The translations under genes and the position numbers were made by a program. A stretch of DNA of 64,000 bases, taken from contig NC_092390.1 of NCBI RefSeq assembly GCF_030028105.1, positions 21,624,427 through 21,688,426 on the forward strand, written 5' to 3'. Shown one piece after another: positions 24,508 through 37,779 of the stretch; position 1 is the stretch's first letter, and each line of letters begins with the position of its first letter. The notes beneath the pieces were generated by a model. The model made no database searches. It saw nothing but the letters and a program-made list of their open reading frames with translations, and was not told the DNA's origin. The stretch is from Mobula birostris. Its lineage: Eukaryota.

Positions 24508-25310
24508 TTAGATTATGAGGACACGCAGTCCTCTTTTATTGTCATTTAGTAATGCATGCATTAAGAAATGATACAATATTCCTCCGGTGTGATATCACAG
24601 AAACACAGGACAGACCAAGACGGAAAAACTAACAAAACCACATAATTATAACATATAAGCAACACACATCAAAGTTGCTGGTGAACGCAGCAGGCCAGGC
24701 AGCATCTCTAGGAAGAGGTACAGTCAACGTTTCAGGCCGAGACCCTTCGTCAGGACACCAGTTCACCAGCAACTTTGATGTGTGTTGCTTGAATTTCCAG
24801 CATCTGCAGAATTCCTCGTGTTAGTGTAATTATAACATATAGTTACAACAGTGCAACAATACCATAACTTGATGAAGAACAGGCCATGGCACAGTAAAAA
24901 AGTTCAAAGTCTCTTGAATGTCCCACATCTCACGCAGACGGGAGAAGGAAGAAAATTCTCCTTGCCATGCCCGACCACAGTCCGACTCTGAGTCGTCCGA
25001 AAACTTCGAGTTCCGATCAGCCCTCCGACACCAAGTACCGAGCGCCATCTCTGCCGAACGGTTCGACCTCTGCCTCGGTCACCAGCAGCAGGCAAAGCCG
25101 GGGACTTTAGGGCCTTCCCTCCGGAAGATTCTCGATTGCGCAGTAGCAGCGGCAGCGAACCGGGCATTTCAGAAATTTCTCCAGATGTTCCTTTGTGCTT
25201 TCACGTCTGTCTCCATCAAATCAGAATTGTCCACGGCCCCTATTTAACAGAAAGATATCATTTCACCAGAGAGCTGTGCCCGCTGTGTCGCGCCACCATC
25301 TTCTCCTCCC
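24508..25310 (-). mobile_element. Full-length non-autonomous retroposon (GGGAGGAGAAGATGGTGGCG head, ATCTA tail)
   Basis: Same 5' start and 3' end as the copy at 29608-30304. Confidence 0.8.
24657..24826. mobile_element. Penelope-derived inverted insertion with hammerhead motif and 14-bp TSD
   Basis: Perfect 30-bp inverted arms at 24657-24686 and 24761-24790; TAATTATAACATAT duplicated at 24643-24656 and 24827-24840. Confidence 0.85.
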
Positions 25311-25394
25311 GCCTATGTACTTTTAATTCATCTTAATAATCTACAGATTTCACAATCATCTGAAGGATTCGGTGGACTAGGTAGGTGTGGCACC

Positions 25395-28342
25395 TTTAAG
25401 TGGACGAAGGTTCATTGCCATGGCGGGAAGTGAGGCAGGAGGGGGGACTCCAAGCCCCCTCCAGGCCCCCTCTCCCCAGCATCTTATTGGCAAATGTGTA
25501 GTTGCTGGAGACCAAAATTGTGGACCTGAGCGCAAGATTGCTGTATTGGAGGGAAATGAGAACCTGTTCTATTCTATGCTGGATTGAAACGTGGCTTTCT
25601 CCCAGCACACTAGATACAGTGATCAGACCCAAAGACTTCTCGACTTATGAATAAACTGAACTGCTGATAAGGAAATGGCAAAAGGAGGAGGTGTGTGTTT
25701 CATGATAAACTCTCACTGGTGCCTCGAGTGGCAAATTTGCCACACTTGTGTTTCTCCGACTTGGAACACCTAATGGTCAAATGTCATCTGTTATGTTTAC
25801 CTAAGGAGTTCTCATCTGTGATCTTCACCAGTGTTTACATACCCCTCGTGGCCGATTATAATCAAGCGCTCACGTTACTGCACAATGCCATCTCCAAACA
25901 AGAAATAGTCCTCCCCGATGCATTTCAAAGCATAGTCAGAGACTACAACCAGGCTTGTTTGAAGAAAACACTGCCCAATTACCATCAGCAAATAACCTGT
26001 AGCACCAAAGGTCCCAATGCACCAGACCACTATTATGCTAAGATAAAGAATGCCAACTGTACCGTGCTCAGATCACCTTACATAAAATCTGATCATTTGG
26101 CTGTCCTTCTACCCGCATACAGGCAGAGGCTAAAGAGCAAAGCTCCAGAGATTAGGACAACAAAGAGGTGGATCGAGGGAGGCAAAGGAGTGGCTACAGG
26201 ATTGCTTTGAGTCAGTGGGCTGGGCTGTGTTCAAGAAATCATCTGTGGATTTGAATGAATACATCATGGTTGTCACAGATTTTATTAAAACAGTAAATTT
26301 TATGATTTTATGCCCTCATAAAATCATTCAGTCTTACCCAACCAGAAGCTCTGGATGAACCATGAGATCCATAATCTGCTGAGGGCCAGATCAGAGGCAT
26401 GGAAATCTGGTGACCAAGAAAGTTCAAGAAGTCCAAGTACAATCTCCAGAAAGCTATTTGATGGCGAAATGGTAATTTCAGACCAAAACTGAAACAAAGA
26501 AGCATACTTAATAGCTGTGTGAATACTATCACCTCTTATAAAGCAACATAGATTTATTGTTGATTTAACAAGCAACATAGGAGACAACAGGGCTTTGCAT
26601 CCAGATGAACTCAGTGTCTTCTGTGCTCACTTTGACCGTTAAAACATGGAGGAACTATCAAGAGCTCCCACTTCCCTCAGTGATCATATGATTTCAGTCT
26701 CTGAGACTGACGTGTGAACATCCTTCAGGAGGGTGAACCCAAAAAAAGCATCCAGCCCAGATGGAGTACCTGACCAAGTACTAAAGACCTGTGCTTGTCA
26801 ACTGGCTGGCGTGTTCATTGAGATCTTTAACCTCTTATTTTGGCAGTATGTGGTACCCACCCACTTCAAGCAGGCTTCAATTATACTGGTGTCCAAGAAC
26901 AGCATGGTGACCTGCCTCAATGACTATCACCCAGTAGCACTTAGATCCACAGTGATGAAATGTTTTGAGAGGTTGGTGATGAAACATATCAACTCCTGTC
27001 AGAGAAATGATTTGAGACCAGTCCACTTTGACTACTGGAGCAACATGTCCACAGCAGATGCTATCTCATTGGCTCTTCACTCACCCCTGGAACATCTGGA
27101 CAGCAAAGATGCACACATCAGGGTGCTCCTTATTGACTACATCTCAGCATTCAATATGATCATCCTCTCAAAACTAATCAATAATCTCTAAGACCTTGGC
27201 CTCAATACCTCCATGTGCAATTGGATCCTTGTTTTCCTCACTTGCTGACCCTGGTCAGTTTGGGTTGGCAACAATATCTCCTCCCTGATCTCCATCAGTA
27301 CAGGTGCATCACAAAACTGTGCTCAGTCCCCTGCTCTACTCACTTTACACTTGACTGTGTGGCTAAGCGCAACTCCAATGCCATATAAAATTTTACTGAT
27401 GACACCACTATCATAGGCCGAATCCAAGGTGGTGATGAATCAGCACATAGGAGGGAGATTGAAAATCTGGCTGAGTGATATTGTAACAACAATCTCTTAC
27501 CCAATGTCAGCAAGACCAAGGAACTCATTATAGACTTCAGGAGAAGGAAACCAGAGATCCATGAGCCAGTCTTCATTGGAGGATCAGAGGTGGATAGGGC
27601 TAGCAACTTTAAATTCCTTGGTGCTATTATTTTGGAGGACTTGTCCTGGTAAGTAAGTGCAACTATGAAGAAAGCATGGCAGCAGCTCTACTTCCTTAGG
27701 AGTTTGAAGAGATTTGGCATGACACCTAAAACTTTGACAAAGTTCTATAAATGTGTAGTGGTGAGTATATAGACTGGCTGCATCACAGCCTGTTACAGAA
27801 ACACCAATCCCCTTGAACGGAAAATCCTACAAAAAGTAGTGAAAATGTCTCAGTACGTCACAGGTGAAGCCCTCCAAACCACTGAGCACATCTACATGAA
27901 ACGTTGTCGTAGGAAAGTAGCATCCATCATCAGGGACCTCCACCACCCAGATCATGCTCTCTTCTCACTGCTGCCATCAAGAAAGTGGTACAGGAGCCTC
28001 AGGACTCACACCACCAGATTTAGGAACAGCTTCTACCCCTCAACCATCAGGTTCTTGAACTAATGGGGATAATTTCACCTGCCCCATTATTAGAATGTTT
28101 CCACAATGAATTGACTTACTTCCAAGGACTCTTCTCATGTTCTCAATATTTATTGCTTACTTATTTATTATTATTTCTTCTTTTTGTATTTGCATTTTTC
28201 TGTGTTCTGCACTCTGGTTGAATACCCTGGCTGGGTGGTCTGTCATTGTTTCTGTAATGGTTATTAATCTATAGATTTATTGAGTATGCCTGCAATAAAA
28301 TGAATCTCAGGGTTGTATATGTTGACATATATGTACTTTGAT
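25395..28342 (+). mobile_element. Near full-length degraded Rex1/Babar LINE (EN + RT)
   Basis: EN (SVYIP, DYNQA, SDHLAV), RT (PDGVP, LNDYHPVAL, MKCFERLV, IDYISAFN) and a 3' tail AATAAAATTTACTTGAACTT. Confidence 0.9.
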
Positions 28343-28487
28343 AATAAAATTTACTTGAACTTATTCCTAGGTTCTTGAAGACCATTTAAGCTATTAGCTA
28401 TTTTCGATGTGGAAGCTGAAGGCATAAAAAGGAAAAAAGAGCAATTAAAGTTACTGAAAGTATTCAGTATTTTCAGGCAATGAGTTA

Positions 28488-29245
28488 GAGTCACAGAGTA
28501 GTACAGCATGGAAACAGGCCCTTCAATCTCACTGGTCCATACCAAGCTCAGCATCCTCTCTGCTAGTGCTAGCAGCCCACGTTTCATCCATAATCTTCCA
28601 AGCCTCTCCCCTCCATGTACCTATCCAAATGTTTCTTAGATGTTGCAATTGCAATCATCTCTACCACTTTGTCTGTCAGCTCATTCCAGGTACTCACTAG
28701 TCTGAGTAAAGAAGTTACTTCTCGGGTCTCCTTTAATTCTCTTTCTTTGTTTATCTTGTATCTGAATCCTCTAGTTTTGGATTCCTCAACCCTGGGGAAA
28801 AGACTATGACCATCCACCTTATCATACCTCTCATCACTTTATAAACTCCTATGGAATCACTCCTGATTCTTCTGCATTCCATGGAATAAATATCCATTCT
28901 ACCCATCTTCTCCCTATAACCAAGCATGCTAAACACCACCTTCTCCACCTTGTCTACCTGTGTGGCCACTTTTGATGAACTGTGCACTTGTACTCCCAGG
29001 TCCCTCTGTTCCATAACACTCATCAGTGCCCAGCCACTCACCATATAGGACCTATCCTAATCTGACTGTCCAAGATGAATCACTTCATACTTTCTAAGAT
29101 GAAACTCCTTTGCATTCCTCAGCCAATTTCCCTAACTACTCAACATCTTTTTGTAATTCAGTGTAACCCATTTCACTATCAACAAAACTCCTAACTTAGT
29201 ATTATCAGCAAACTTACTAATTGTGCCATGTACATTCACATCCAA
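28488..29245 (-). mobile_element. Old CR1 3' fragment
   Basis: QRDLGVQVHSS.KV and LFPRVEESKTRG fragments. Confidence 0.75.
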
Positions 29246-29254
29246 GTTATATAT

Positions 29255-29515
29255 CTATTTAGAGATACAGCATGGAATAGGCCCTTCTGGCCCTTCAAGC
29301 TGCTCTGTTGCAGCAATTCCCTGATTTAATCATAGCCCAATTATGGGACAACTTACAATGACCAATTAACCTACTAACTGGTACATCTTTGTACTGTGGA
29401 AAGAAACCGGAACACCCAGAGGAAGCCCACATGTTCCACGAGGAGGACATATGAACTCCTTACAGAGGATGCTGGGATTGAACTCTGAACTCTGGAGTTC
29501 TGTAATGCTATGCCC
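29255..29515 (-). mobile_element. HE1/V-SINE-like SINE
   Basis: Minus strand GTGGGCTTCCTCTGGGTGTTCCGGTTTCTTTCCACA matches the V-domain; CR1-like tail. Confidence 0.75.
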
Positions 29516-29607
29516 ATTTCGATAAATAATGAATAATAGAGGTCTGGGGCATTGCACTCGTCACAGTTGGAGAATTAACCCTCAAGCATCACTTCCAATC
29601 ATTTAGT

Positions 29608-30304
29608 GGGAGGAGAAGATGGTGGCGCGATGCAGCTCACAGTTGGCCACTCCGGTGGTGATGTCTGTTATTTGTCAAGTAGGGTGCCGTGCACAATCCT
29701 GATTCGATGGAGATGGACGTGAGAGCACAGAGGAACATCTGGTGAAACTTCTGAAATGCCTGCTTCGATGCTGCTGCTACTGTGTGGTCCAGAATCTCCA
29801 GAGGAGAAGGCCCTGAGTCCTCGACTTTGCTTGTTGCTCAGCGGCCGGGGAACAGTTGAAGCGCTCGGCAGATGATGGTGCTCGGAGAGGCTGTGTTGGA
29901 GGGGCTGGTCGGAGGCTTGAAGTTTTCAAACAGACTCAGAGTCCGCTGCATTTGGGTGCTTCCAATGGTGCTGCATCGGCAAGTTGGCGGCGCTTGGAGG
30001 TTCATGGCGGGGAGAGTTCCTCCCTTCTGCTGCCTGCGTGAGATGATGAGTCTATCGGGACTTTGAGACTTTTTTTTACCGTGCCCATGGTCTGCTCTTT
30101 ATCAAATTATGGTATTGCTTTGCACTGTTGTAACTTTATGTTATAATTATGTAGTTTTGTCAGTTTTAGTCTTGGTTTGTCCTGTGTTTTCTTGTGATAT
30201 CATTCTGGAGGAACGTTGTATCATTTTTTAATGTATGCATTTCTAAATGACAATAAATGAGGATTGAGTGTCCTCATAATCTAATCTAATCTAGTCTAAT
30301 CTAA
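29608..30304 (+). mobile_element. Full-length non-autonomous retroposon with YY1-like head and (ATCTA)n tail
   Basis: Starts GGGAGGAGAAGATGGTGGCG; ends AATAAA...CTCATAATCTAATCTAATC; three copies in the window. Confidence 0.8.
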
Positions 30305-32823
30305 TTCTGAATCCACCTGCTATCTCCACCTGAATTGTATGGGAAATAACCTTCCAGATCAGCCTACCATGCGGGACTTTGTCAAAAGTCACACTAAAGT
30401 CCATGTAGACAACATCCACTATCTTACCTTTGTCTGTCCTTTGAGTTATCTCTTCAAAAAACTCCAAATATTTCATCAGATATGACCTCTGTGGACAAAG
30501 CAATGCTGACTATTCTTGGTTATGCACTGACTATCCAAATAATTATAAAGACACCAACACTCGCCTTTATTCCTGCTTCCGATAAGGGTAACAATGATGA
30601 ATATGTTTCTATTCTGAGGAAAGTATTGTCATCCTCTGGTGTATCTTTTGGTAAATGGAATACAATGTTGTGACAGATCTCTAGGTCACTATAACAATGG
30701 TGACCAGTTCACTTCATTACAATTTTTGTCCCTCTTTTTTCTATTTAATTCCGTTACGTAGTGCTTGGGACATTCAATTAGATTAGCTGCCACTTCCACC
30801 TTTGACCCCTTTATATCCAGAGGTTGGAGACACCAGAGACTGTCAATACTAGAATCCGGAGCAAAATAGCAAAGCTGTTGGAGAAATTCAATGGGTAGGG
30901 CTGCATCTGTGAAGACAGGGACTGAGAGAAAGGGATGGTATTCTTACTGGGTGGGAAGAGAGGTTGCTAAATTATCTGTGGGAGTCAGTGGGTTTATAGT
31001 AAACGTCAGTGGTTACCTACACCTCTTGTGTTCCTTCCTCTCTCTTCTGATCCACCCAGATTCTCTCAAGCTCCATCCAGCAGCCCACAACACTCCTTGC
31101 CTAGTCAGTCATGATCAAATGGTAGAGTAGACTCGATGGATTGAATGGCCTAATTCTGCTTCTTTGTCTTATTGCTTTATGATCTTTGTTTGCCTCATCC
31201 ACCTGGTCTCATTTACCTATCACTCATACACTCATTAGGTCTCCTCCCTCCTCCTGCAGCTGCTTCCATTTGCCTTCATCCCTCTCTTAAATTCTACATA
31301 TCACCTTCCTTACTTCTGAGATTCCAGCAAAGGCAACCCTGTGTGCCTCCTCTTGTTAATCTACAGCCTCCATTTTCCACTCCCCCATGTTGCTCAATCT
31401 GTCCTCATCTGTTTCTGTGTCTCAACTCCTCTTCTCTCCCTTCCACATCAGGCTCCATCCTATCCATCATCCTCCTCTTCACCTGGTCCCACCTATCACC
31501 TGCCAGCCCCTGCTACACCCCTCCCTCTCACCTCTTCGTTCAGGCTATCTCTCCTGTATGCTCAGTCTGAGTCAAGATGTCTACCTAGAACATCAGCCAT
31601 TATTCTGCCTCCACAGATGCCGTTCAGCTACTGAGTTCGCCAACAGTTTGTTTTTTTTTTGTCGCTTTATAACCGAAGCTTGTTTGAGTAGATTGTCCAT
31701 CATAAGGAGTATTGTGATCTCATTAATTTTCATTTCATTATGCAGGGCTCACCATCACAGCACCGTTGAAGATATGTCAAACAGTTGTCACTAAGTTCTG
31801 ATCTTCACTAACTTACTAGAACATACTTCAGAATATTGTAATGGCTTCATGCAAAATTCCTGGAATTTCTTTTCCAACCCCGATCTTTGACAGTGCTGAA
31901 ACAATCAGTGTTGGCATAGATAATTGAAAGTGTTTGCTTAGTAATCTATCAACAGCATCAGATTTTACATTTTTCATTGCCTGCTGCTTCAATTATTTGC
32001 AGTATAATGCAGACAAACAGATTTTTGGGGATTTCCATGCAACAGCGGGCCCAGCGTTAGTTATTTGATGGTCTGTAGTTGACTGTGCTGAAATGGTGTT
32101 TCCTTTACACTGTCCAGTCATATGTCAAGGGATGAAACTATTCTCCTGAATATGTGATGGGGAGTTTGCATGAACAGACAATGTCAAGCAGAACATAGAG
32201 TATATTTAGACATTTCTTTCATTTGAATGAATAGGAATGGCTGCAAAGGAAAGATTAATTTGTTTTCATTTGATTATGTTCAACCATTTACCTTATTTGG
32301 TTTATTTTTCATAGTTTAGCTTTTGTTAATTTTAGAATGACTCTGTTTTTATCTTAACAGCAGAACTAATTCTTACAAAAAGAATATTTATTTTAATTGA
32401 TGGCATCTTCTTGCAAGAAGGATCCTATAGACAGTGATGAAGCATTGAATCACTGAAATTCTTTATTTAAGAATTAAGCTCAACATGTATAAAGATCACA
32501 AATTTGCTGGTAGTTGTCTGGAGAAATGATTGTGACTGAATATCAAAATAATTACAAATGCTGGACAGCCAAAAAAAAACCCACAGAAAATTCTTGAAGC
32601 ACTCAATCAGATGGCATCTATAAAATGAAGAACAGAATTAATTTTGCAGTTCAACAACCCTGAAACACTAACTCTGTTTCAATCGTCAAGGCTGCAGCCC
32701 AGTCCTCTGAATGCTGTCTGTATCTTGTTTTACGGCGGTTGGCATCCAGCTTAATGGTGCATTACCGCCACCCTCTGCTCCAGAATGTGCACTATACATA
32801 CATTCTAAATCCCTTCACCCAAT

Positions 32824-32839
32824 CACACACACACACACA

Positions 32840-32909
<70 letters not shown>
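32824..32909. repeat. Compound microsatellite (CA)n(TA)n inside the LINE 3'UTR
   Basis: Directly visible. Confidence 0.95.
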
Positions 32910-32911
<2 letters not shown>

Positions 32912-32969
32912 AACCTACACTTCACCCTCCCATCTTTGACCATCCTAGTATCCTATTCCTGTTTATTCG

Positions 32970-34181
32970 TCATATTCTATAAAAAACCCCTGTACCCTTT
33001 AAAAACGCTAAAAATACCCGGACTTGTGCTCTCTCACCCATGCCCAGCAACCCTTTTAATGTGAATTCCTGCATCCCCAACTCCCTTAATTTATTTCTCA
33101 TCATCTCTCTCTGTATCCCATACTTCCTGCAACTCAGAACTACATGTTCTACTGACTCCTCTTCCTGACATTCCTCACACAATCCTGTCTGGTGTTTCCC
33201 TATCATTTTCAATGTTTTGTTTAATGCACAATGCCCCAGCCTTAACCTAGTCCACACAATTTCCTCTCTTCTGTTTCCATTACCTACCCTAGTAACTGCA
33301 ACACTTTTTTGTATTTGATATAAATGCCTCCCTTTCCCCTCCCTGTCCCATCTTTCTTGCCACATTTGGTTGACTTTTTCCCAGATTACACACTTAACCT
33401 CTGCTTTACTGATACTAATGTGCATTTCCACATTTTCTTTCTTTAACACCCTCTTTGCCAACTCATCCACCCTCTCATTCCCCTTCACCCCTACATGTGC
33501 TGGAACCCATAGAAACTTTACCTGACCTCCCTGATTTGCAATTCTTGAAACTAACTGAAGGACTTCATAAAGTACATCTTGCCGACTCTTTGTGTGAAAA
33601 GACCTTAAACTTGCTAGAACTGAGGATGAATCTGAACATATCAATGCTTTGGCTTGTCTGGCTTTCTGCACCCATTGCAACGCAACCAACACTGCCAGCA
33701 TCTCCACTGTAAACACCCCTAACTTATTAGCTGTTCTTCTGCTGATTCCAATTTCTTTTGCTGGTATTACCACCCCAAACCCTGTCTCTCCTGTTTCAGG
33801 TTCCTTCGCACCATCCGTATAAATGTGAGTATAATCACTATACTTTTCCATCACATGACAGTTAAATGCATTTACCAAATCTGTTTTATGTCTTTCTTTC
33901 CTTTTTACCTCTAACAAATGCCAGTCTATGTCAGGCCATACAAGCTTCCATGGAGCTACAACCAGATAAACTACTGAAGGACTTATCCTCAGATCAAATA
34001 CTCCACATTCTTTCGCAATATCATTCCCTACCCGACTTAAGGTATCCCTCTGAAACCTCCCATTTTCCCAGCACTCCTGCAACACTCCTTTAGTAGGGTG
34101 AGAATCATTGTGCCCCTGCAAGTTAGCCCAGTAGTTCGCCATCAGTTGCATCCTTCTTGGTTCCAAAGGCATTATTCCCAT
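32970..34181 (-). CDS. LINE ORF2 C-terminal part: RNase H and CCHC zinc finger (TE-encoded, truncated)
   Basis: IYTDG, E(ML)A, SDS.S, WVPAHVGVKGNERVD RNase H motifs; RLRLGH...CEEC..EESVEH...C. Confidence 0.6.
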   Translation of the reverse strand: MGIMPLEPRRMQLMANYWANLQGHNDSHPTKGVLQECWENGRFQRDTLSRVGNDIAKECGVFDLRISPSVVYLVVAPWKLVWPDIDWHLLEVKRKERHKTDLVNAFNCHVMEKYSDYTHIYTDGAKEPETGETGFGVVIPAKEIGISRRTANKLGVFTVEMLAVLVALQWVQKARQAKALICSDSSSVLASLRSFHTKSRQDVLYEVLQLVSRIANQGGQVKFLWVPAHVGVKGNERVDELAKRVLKKENVEMHISISKAEVKCVIWEKVNQMWQERWDREGKGRHLYQIQKSVAVTRVGNGNRREEIVWTRLRLGHCALNKTLKMIGKHQTGLCEECQEEESVEHVVLSCRKYGIQREMMRNKLRELGMQEFTLKGLLGMGERAQVRVFLAFLKGTGVFYRI

Positions 34182-36469
34182 TTCTACCTGTAGGGCCTCT
34201 GAATGCTACCAGCAGTTTCTGTTTTTATTAATGAAACGATTCACTATAGTTACTATCACATCATCCAATCACTTTAGAGCCATGGGCTTGGTTCACTTAA
34301 CAGGCCAGTTATCCATTTGCAGGCTCTTCAGTAGGATATTCCTGCAGATTGTCTTTAGTCAACAACTGGTGAGCATCTCAAAGCTTGAATATGGAAAGGC
34401 AGCCTGAATTATGATGTGCTATCAAGATTTGAAAAGCTTAACGAGGTCAGTAGATGGTTTGCAATACCATAAAATAAGATCTATGATATTGGGATTAAAG
34501 TAATTTGAATTGGAGTATAATAAAGTTTAGAAATAATTGGATGCCGAAACAGACTTGGAGGTGAATGGATGAGTGCTACAATTCAGTGTTAGAAATTGTA
34601 AATGAAACACTGACCCAAGAAAAGATTCTGTGGTTCCAGAAATAAAGATTGTGCTGTTCTTAGCAAAATCTTTCTGCTTCCACTTGTTTACCGTTTTACA
34701 TACTTGGCATTTTTCTACCACAAAAGGGCAGAACTATTGAAATTCTTGAATTTATTTAATGTTAATCATGGGATTTTATCTTCCGATTATATAGCTGAAT
34801 ATTTTAGTAGTCAGGAAACTGTTCCTCCGCAAAAGTACGGTGCCCAACAATAAAGAGGGAGACAAACAGTTAAAGTTTTTTAATTTATATCTGACATGTT
34901 TTGTAAGAACAGGATTTAGCACCTTCACCATCCGAATTGCTACACCAATAGAGTGGCTAAAGATAACTTCATGCAATGGTAGCTTCAATGATTTTGTGAA
35001 ACTTAAGACCTACTATACATTAGATCAATCAATGTTTGTGCAATTCATAAATTGAGATGATTTGTCCTGTGCTGTCTGGTGTATCAATTAGTGAAAGCAT
35101 TAAATATACCTTGGGTACAGTTTCTTGCCTGGACTCAGTTACATATATTACATATATAATTGCCAAACAAAACAAACTGGAGATCCTGGTAATATGAAAA
35201 TAATATTCAATAGGATATTAAATTTCATTCCTATGACCATTATGTTATTGTACGTGCAATATCAAACCCTGGGAAAGCACATAGTGGTTCCAGATCTGTG
35301 GTGGGACTTATAGTTCAAGGACCTTCCACATTCTTTCCGTAATTGGGAATGTAGTTGGTGGTTTCACTTGTGAGGTTGAATATGGGAACATGGGAATTCG
35401 AGGTCTGGGACTGTCCATGGAGATTCAGGAAAGAGTCACTTGAAAACAGTTCCAGCTCAAGGATTCCACATCCAGATTCCAGTCAGGGGTGTGCATGGAG
35501 ATGTCAGTTCTGAAAATGTCGTTAGACATTCCACCTTTGGGTCAGTATACTAATCTTGGAAATGTGCACTGGAATTCCAGGCTCAGAAGTCCTGATTCAT
35601 TCTGTTTTTGATGACTAGAAATCTTTACTTCCTTTCTCTGCTTATTGATGCTGGACACGTTCAGCAGATTGGTCAGCATTTTTCCATTTTGATTTTATAT
35701 TTCCAGTATCCGCACTGCAATTGTTTTTCAAAATTGCTTGGAGTATGGATGTTTCTAAGAAAGCCTGGATTAAATGGCAAGTAGCATAACTACATAAGAA
35801 ATTGGGCAAGAGTAGACAACATGGAGAAAATGACATAGATCATTCTATTTCGATTTCAGTATTTAAGAGAAATTTGGACGGATGGAAGGGATATGGAGGG
35901 CCATGGTCCAGTTGCAGGCCATTAAGACGAGGCAAATTAATAGTTCAGCACAGGCTACATGGACCAAAAGGGCCTGTTTCTGTGTGGTAGTGCTCTATGG
36001 CTCCACGATCTTTCTCCATAACTCCACTTAATTAATCCCAATGTAACTTGCTTTCCTTGAGTTTACAAGCTGCTAGTCTCCATCTTGAATTTATTTAATG
36101 GCTTGCTGGACTCAGATCTAGAACTGCTAATGGAGGTTTTGGACCTTGCATTTTCTTTGGCAGATCTGGACTTGGAGGTGTCCATAGTCCTGGGACTATA
36201 AGTGGACGTTCAAACCATATGGAAGTGTACTTTCAGATTCCATTCCTGTAACACTACATGTCTTAGCTGATGATCTTAGTTATCTGTTAGCTAAATCAGC
36301 ACGTGAACTTCTTTACAGTGGTTATTGATGGAAAGAACCAAAAGACCTGTATAAAGCACAGGTCTTAGTAGAACATGTGTCAACTTGATAATGGATTGAG
36401 GATAGGTGTAAATAAAAATTAGCTAGTAACATTAAAAAAATTATCCTGGGGAAGTTGAATTGTGATTGT

Positions 36470-36775
36470 TTGTTTATTTACTTAGTGCTTCAGTGTGGAG
36501 TAGGCCCTTCCAGCCCTTTGAGCGGTGCTGCTCCAGCAACCCCTCGCAAATCCAATTAACCCAATCATGGGACAATTTACAATGACCAATTAACCTACTC
36601 GGTACGTCTTTGGTCTCTGGGAGGAAACAGGAGCACTTGAGGAAAGCCGACATCTTCCAAGGGGATGACGTACAGAAGCTCCTTACAGAACAGTGCAAGA
36701 AATGAGCTCCGAACTCCAGAATGCCCCTGGCTGTAAGAGTGTTGTGCTAACCGCTATGCCACTGTAGTGTCCCCA
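36470..36775 (-). mobile_element. HE1/V-SINE-like SINE
   Basis: Similar to 29255-29515; tRNA-like head GGGGACACTACAGTGGCATAGCGGTTAGC on the minus strand. Confidence 0.75.
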
Positions 36776-36959
36776 AATGGTTTGTATGCTGGTAGTACAG
36801 AACAGGCAGTACTTTGAGCCATATCCCATGGGATCCTTGACTTAATGCCTTGACTACCTCATAGGTGGAGGACTAATGTGAAGGCCTTTACTAGCCTTTC
36901 AAGCTGAAACCTTACTGCTGCTTTGACACCTCATCCCATCAGTATAAATAGTACCTTTA

Positions 36960-37445
36960 TAAGATGCATTTCGTTGACTCTTCAGTCAATGCTGGAACAT
37001 CTGGACAGCAAAGGTACTTACATCAAGATGCTCTTTATCGACTACAGCTCAGCATCCAACACCATCATCCCACCAAAAGCAATCAATGAGCTTCAAGACC
37101 TTGGCATCAATATCCTTTTGTGTAATTGGATCCTCTATTTCCCTGCTTGCAGACCCCAGTCAGTTTCGATTGGCAACAACATCTCCTTCACAATCACTAT
37201 CAGCACGGGTGCACCACAGGGCTGTGTGCTTAGCCTGCCCTACTGGCTTTATACTTATGACTGTGTGGCTGAGCACAGCTTCAATGCCATACTCAAGTTT
37301 GCTGATGACACTACTCTTGATGACTGAATCAAAGGTGGTGTTGAATTGGCATTCAAGAGGGAAACTAAAAGTTTGGCTGAGTGGTGCCACAACGAAAACC
37401 TCTCACTCAATGTCAGCAAAACCAAGGAGCTGATTATCGACTCTC
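36960..37445 (+). mobile_element. Rex1/Babar RT fragment
   Basis: [25 protein letters not shown]. Confidence 0.85.
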
Positions 37446-37779
37446 CACTTGATCAACACCTCTTATCATCTTGGTCGCCTCTATCGCCAAACTAATCTAT
37501 GCCCTGCATTTCTGTTTCTCTTTGAGGGTCTATAAGGATTCCTAAAGTAACTTTCCATCCCTGCTTAGTTCCACCTAAACCAATTCTACTTTCTGATTTT
37601 CTTAAACTAAAATACAATGTAATGTGTAAAATGCATTATTTTAAAAAATGAATCTAAACAATATGTTCTGCTTGGAATAATTAGTCTGGAAAACCAGCAA
37701 GCAAATCTGAATTAAATCTGGTTCATTATACATTATACCAAATCTGGTTCATTATTCATTAAACCAAAACCTAATAAGA

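Larger units (their letters stand above)
32716..34195 (-). mobile_element. 5'-truncated I-group (Nimb-like) LINE with RNase H, 12-bp TSD
   Basis: TSD CCTCTGAATGCT at 32704-32715 and 34196-34207; 3' terminal GGTGGCGGTAATGCACC...ACCGCC stem-loop. Confidence 0.9.

Noticed and set aside
31660-32540. Possible exons in unique AT-rich DNA (also 34210-35300 and 54000-55300)
   Set aside because: No convincing ORF or splice-site pair and no recognisable protein motif.
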